The notes beneath the pieces are model-generated. The model saw nothing but the letters and a program-made list of their open reading frames with translations, searched no databases and was not told where the DNA came from. The translations under genes and the position numbers were made by a program. From Octopus vulgaris (taxonomy: Eukaryota), in assembly GCA_951406725.2 (NCBI GenBank), contig OX597815.1, forward strand, positions 3,596,001-3,660,000: DNA of 64,000 nucleotides, written 5' to 3'. This document shows positions 57,530 to 64,000 of this stretch, one piece after another. Position 1 is the first letter of the stretch. Every line of letters starts with the position of its first letter.

Positions 57530-58724
57530 TCTTGATGTGAAACCACGTGCTGAAACAGATGTTGTTGTATCTTGGGAGGGTCAGTATGCAAATAGTAAAC
57601 ACACGCACTGGTTCTATTCCACTTTTCTTATCGTTATTAGTCAACCTGAAGGCAGTGAATTGTAAGAATCGTTATAACGCTATACAAAATGCTTGATGGA
57701 ATTGCATCTGTCTTTACGTCCTGAGTTCAAATTCCGCCAAGGTTGACTTTGTCTTTCATATTTTCCGAGTCAATAGAATAAGTACCAGTGAAATAATGGG
57801 GTCGATGTAAACGACTTAGCAGCTCCTCCCCCACGAAATTTCAAGCTTGGGCCTATAACAGCAATGATCATTAGTCAGCCTGGGTATTTAACTAATCACT
57901 TAATCAATTGTTTGAGTAATCATTCGATCAATTAAGTTTGTCAAAATCCTTCTTCGCCAATCACGACCTCATCAATGACCCACCCTCTTTAGCCCAGGTG
58001 TTCTTCTGAATGACGACGAAAGGACTTTGACAAACCTAAGTGATTGTTTGATTGAACGAACGATTACTCAAACAACGGATTACTTAATTGATCAAATGGT
58101 TAACCAATTGACTAATAATAAAGAAGTGAAATGGACCAGTGCGTGTATTGATTTTTCTCCCTATACTTCGTAGCACAGAATCAGACTAGCTCTGGTTTCT
58201 AGTCCATTCTTGCTACTGTCAGTCCACAAACGCCTCTGTTGCTCCCTTCCTCTTCGCCCTGTTTTATTATATCAATTGTCCTCCACCGGACAGAAACTAG
58301 GACAACATATAGAGCAGAGGAAAAGAAAAAAGCCATTGTGTTGTAGAGATTTCGCGGATCGGACAGAATAAGGTGGGGAAACAGGACAACACACGGTGCA
58401 GCACTAGCTGAAAGTCTGAAGATGATTGTTATGGGGAATCTGGTCCACTCCAGAATTATTTGTTGAGAAATGTAGGCGCAGGCGTGGGCGTGTGATAAGA
58501 AGCTTGCTTCCCAACCACATGATTCCGGGTTCAGTCCCACTGCAGCAAGATTTGGGCAGGTGTTCTCTACTATAGCCACGAGCCGACCAAGGCTTGTGAT
58601 TGGATTTCATAGATGGAAACTGAAAGAAGCTCGTCGTATATATATATATATATATACACACATTTATACACATACATACACACACATTCACACATATACA
58701 CACACACACACACACATACACACC

Positions 58725-58806
<82 letters not shown>

Positions 58807-59069
58807 GTTTGCGTATGTATATGTGCACGGGTTCGACCAAAGCGGTGGACGTGGACAAACACAAAGCGCAAACACGTGCACATATACATACGCAAACATA
58901 TCTCTTGATGTGAAACCACGTGTTGAAACAGATGTTGTTGTATCTTGAGAGGGTCAGTATGCAAATAGTAAACACACGCACTGGTTCTATTCCACTTTTC
59001 TTATTGTTATTAGTCAACCTGAAGGCAGTGAATTGGAAGAATCGTTATAACGCTATACAAAATGCTTGA
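57530..59069. repeat. 167-bp local direct duplication
   Basis: 57530-57696 vs 58903-59069, 4 mismatches. Confidence 0.92.
57649..57868 (+). mobile_element. SINE family B, older copy inside a fold-back element
   Basis: Flanked by TSD-like ATTAGTCAACCTG / ATTAGTCAGCCTG. Confidence 0.75.
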
Positions 59070-59150
59070 CTTGAGTCAATTCATTCGACTAAAGAAGTCC
59101 AGGCTATGCTCCAGCATGGCCTCAGTCTAATGATTAAAACAAGAAAACGA
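58474..59150 (+). mobile_element. Rearranged SINE family A
   Basis: Head 58474-58640 and tail about 59070-59150; the middle is replaced by an inverted repeat and a 167-bp duplicated segment. Confidence 0.7.
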
Positions 59151-59196
59151 TAAAATATGAAAGCTAACCGTAATAAAGAGAACAACAATAACGTCT

Positions 59197-59544
<348 letters not shown>

Positions 59545-59545
<1 letters not shown>

Positions 59546-59759
59546 TTCAGACAAATACATAACAAAAACACCAGGACTTACAAACACATATAACATACAG
59601 AAAATTGCACTACTGGGCACTGCACACATCCTACGCAGAACACTTTCCATACAATAACCATCAGAGCATCACAACAAATCACAGCACATACCCAAGGCAC
59701 ACAGAGCTGCGCTCGGTACTGAAGTGAAAGCACGCTATAAAAATAAAACTACTGAATGA

Positions 59760-59760
<1 letters not shown>
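59545..59760 (+). mobile_element. R4/Dong-like 3' end inside (TAA)n
   Basis: NIQKIALLGTAHILRRTLS* plus UTR, then (TAA)n. Confidence 0.8.
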
Positions 59761-59840
<80 letters not shown>

Positions 59841-59850
59841 TAATAATAAC

Positions 59851-59954
<104 letters not shown>

Positions 59955-60374
59955 TAATATAAGAACACTAAAAAATATATCAGCGAAATTAATAATGCAT
60001 CTTTATTTAATAAAATGTATTTATATGTCTATAGAGTGTTGTGTATTTTTTCTGCGTGTATCTACGTATGTGTGTGTTTGTGCGCGTGTGTTTATGTATA
60101 TAGGTGTAGGTGTTTATGCGTGCTTATGTTTCTGTCTGTGTGTGTTCGTTCTCACCATTTCCAAACAGCAGCCATAACAGTCGCACAGCCGTACATTGAA
60201 ATGCTTATTTTATGCTCATAGACTTATGGATTCAGTCATGCGTGAGCACCAATGCCTGGCGCAAAATTGGGAATGATCACAAACATACATACATACAGAC
60301 ATACATATATACACATACACAGAGACAAGCATATGTGTAAATCTGTGCATATATGGATACACACATATTCACAT

Positions 60375-60413
<39 letters not shown>

Positions 60414-60574
60414 ATGTGTGTGTGTTTGTCTGTCGGTCTGTATGTATATGTATACGCACACATCAACGCACAGACACACACATAGAAACATATACACACA
60501 TACGTATATATATATGCAAATATGTATATATTCATGCATATACACGCACACAAATATATGTATATGTTCATATG

Positions 60575-60652
<78 letters not shown>

Positions 60653-60938
60653 ATGTATATAGACACATATATACATATATATAAATATATATGTATGTAT
60701 GCACATAGACAGACAATAGGCAAGAGAGAGGTAGGGGCGCTCGGTATAGAAAGCATGTAGTATTGTTCAAATGAATTTGAAATTCAAGTCCGAATTCTTC
60801 ATCTTGGACGAGATGCATGGTGTCAAGAGTGGCTACGAGAGAAGCCCAAGAGAAGCCGATGTGGAGGTAATGATGTAGAGAAGCACAATTAAGCTGGACA
60901 CATATATGTATATAGATAGATAGATCGATCGATCGATC

Positions 60939-60995
<57 letters not shown>

Positions 60996-61014
60996 ATGGA
61001 TAGATAGATAAATG

Positions 61015-61088
<74 letters not shown>

Positions 61089-61160
61089 AAGAGATAGATA
61101 GATAGACAGATAGACAGACAGACAGACAGACAGATAGATAGATAGAGAGATAGAGAGATT

Positions 61161-61244
<84 letters not shown>

Positions 61245-61312
61245 TTCAGAAAGATAAACACAACCAGGCATATATATATATATATATATTTGTATATATA
61301 TGTATATATATG

Positions 61313-61369
<57 letters not shown>

Positions 61370-61631
61370 TAAATACTTAAATGTATGTATGTACGAGTGA
61401 ACGTATTTATTTATGCATATACGTACATAGGTAATTATGTATAAATGTATGTATATATCATATGTATGCATGTACGGATGGACGGATGAATGAACGTATG
61501 TTTGTATTAAGGGAACAGGAGATTGAAAATGGTAAAAAGCGACAACGATAGATACAAAGGAGAGAAGACAGAGACGGAGAGTGAGAGAGAGAAAGGCAGA
61601 AGGAGAGATGAAATGAGAGAGAGAGAGAGAG

Positions 61632-61747
<116 letters not shown>

Positions 61748-62129
61748 GTGGGGAAGTAGTGTTCTGTGATATTCCAGTTTAAAAGAATATGACGTATTGG
61801 GTTTCGTTTATAATGCAACACAGATAAAAGGACACGAGACAGAAATATGAAATATATCTTTATACAAACTTCACTTAACTCATGCATACACACACAGACA
61901 TACACACGTGTGTATATATATATACATGCATGCATATATGTCTATACACATATGAACACAGACACATATATGCACACACACACACACACACACACGCATA
62001 TATATACATTAATCGTATTTTTTATATAAGCTTAAAGCTTCTGGCGATCACCATGCAATGACTAAGGCTTTCCTATCCGCGTGGGAGTCGAACCCACTTC
62101 CCGTTGTCAACGTCACACGCAACGAATGC

Positions 62130-62192
<63 letters not shown>

Positions 62193-62367
62193 CATATAAA
62201 ATTTAAAGGACTGATTCCTTTAAATTATGTATTTAAAAAAATTTTAATCTTCGGATTTTTTTAATATGCTAGGCCTCTGATTTTAATTGATTAATATCAA
62301 TTTCTACCCTTATTCAATTTTATATATACATATAAGTATACAGTCATACTGTATGCGGGAGAGTGTC

Positions 62368-62401
<34 letters not shown>

Positions 62402-62782
62402 TACATATATTTATATGTACGTATGTATATGTATATATGCGTGTGTGTGTGTGTATTTATTATATATGTATATGCCCATATGTGTATAATACTCACAAAC
62501 AGTTATGGATTAAGTATTTACAGAAACATACTATTTTTTACATGCATTTTGACGTATACACACACATGCATGTGCGCAGATACACACACATTTTTATATA
62601 TGCAAATATTGTGCAGAATTATTGTGTAATTGTATACAGTAGTTGCAGCAAAAGATAATATTTACTTTAGAAAGGCTATATATAGATTTTTATGTATATA
62701 TGTGTATATGTATGTATGCATATGAAAGTGTGCGTGAGTGTGCGTGTGCGTGTGTGTGTATATAAAATATATATAATATATT

Positions 62783-63148
62783 ATTTTATTCTTTTACTTG
62801 TGTCCGTCATTTCGCCTTTTGTGGAGCAAATCGACCCCACGACTTATTCATTGTAAGCCCAGTACTTATTCGATCGGTCACTTTTGCCGAACCGCTAAGT
62901 TACGGGGACATAAACACACCAGCATCGGTTGTCAAGCGATGTTGGGGACAAACACACATAAACTCACATATATATACATATACATATATACGATGGGCTT
63001 CTTTCAGTTTCCGTCTACCAAATCCACTCACAAGGCTTTGGTCGGCCAGGGGATATAGTAGAAGACACTACCTCAAGGTGCCACGCAGGACTGAACACCT
63101 AATCATGTGGTTGGTACCACACAAGCTTCTTACCACACAGCCACTCCA
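62783..63148 (-). mobile_element. SINE family A
   Basis: Consensus with a small deletion near the tail. Further partial copies at about 3985-4186, 9033-9180, 20235-20470, 38285-38365 and 56745-56810. Confidence 0.85.
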
Positions 63149-63151
63149 GCA

Positions 63152-63285
<134 letters not shown>

Positions 63286-63324
63286 TAATATATAATATAT
63301 ATATATATATACATACATACATAC

Positions 63325-63367
<43 letters not shown>

Positions 63368-63368
63368 C

Positions 63369-63412
<44 letters not shown>

Positions 63413-63568
63413 TATATATTATATATATATATATTGATAAAATGGCAAGACAACAATATATATATACATATATATATATATGTATATAGTTGTTTATGTT
63501 CATGCTTTTCGTCCACCGTGTTAATGAGTTTGCCAGCTCACCGCTTTAATAACAACAACAACGACAGC

Positions 63569-63660
<92 letters not shown>

Positions 63661-63675
63661 TAATAATAATAATAA

Positions 63676-64000
63676 CAACTACCAAAAACTGAGCAAATAT
63701 AAAGATCTTGAAATAGAAATCAGCAAAATGTGGAAGCTGAAGACTAAAACAATACCTGTTGTCATAAGTGCCCTGGGAATGATAGCAAAAGGGGCTGATT
63801 GCTACCTAACTCAGATACGAGGAAACCCCAAAATGGCAGAAATTCAAAAGATAGTGCTCATGGGAACTGCTCATATCCTACGCAAAATACTTTCTATAAT
63901 TTTGGGTTTTTGGGGGGGTTTTTTTTAGACATTCACTAGTACAACACTAAATACAAAACCAAATATATGGCACACTAGGCATAACAACAACATGGACTTC
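63676..64000 (+). mobile_element. R4/Dong-like RLE 3' fragment after (TAA)n
   Basis: [16 protein letters not shown]...IPVVISALG...[18 protein letters not shown]. Confidence 0.85.

Overview
AT-rich, extremely microsatellite-dense eukaryotic (metazoan) DNA. The repeat landscape looks like a coleoid cephalopod such as Octopus; this is an inference from recognising the SINEs and the TA/CA/GATA/TAA load. There is no intact protein-coding gene, and almost every ORF in the supplied track is a translated microsatellite. The window contains: a decayed Tc1 transposon with DD36E spacing; about 30 copies of three tRNA-headed SINE families; 5'-truncated non-LTR retrotransposon fragments of several clades (R4/Dong-like in TAA repeats, HERO-like, L1/Tx1-like with a 12-bp TSD, RTE-like, CR1-like); two non-autonomous Helitrons; many fold-back elements; and a few weak candidate exons. 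The most striking signal is a diverse set of short non-coding elements embedded in (TA)n. They carry minimal type-I hammerhead-ribozyme motifs with stems that covary between unrelated families and a recurrent CCGANGA core variant, often in fold-back or direct-plus-inverted arrangements. This matches Penelope-like element termini or retrozyme-like non-autonomous elements. All calls were made by eye; no searches were run.
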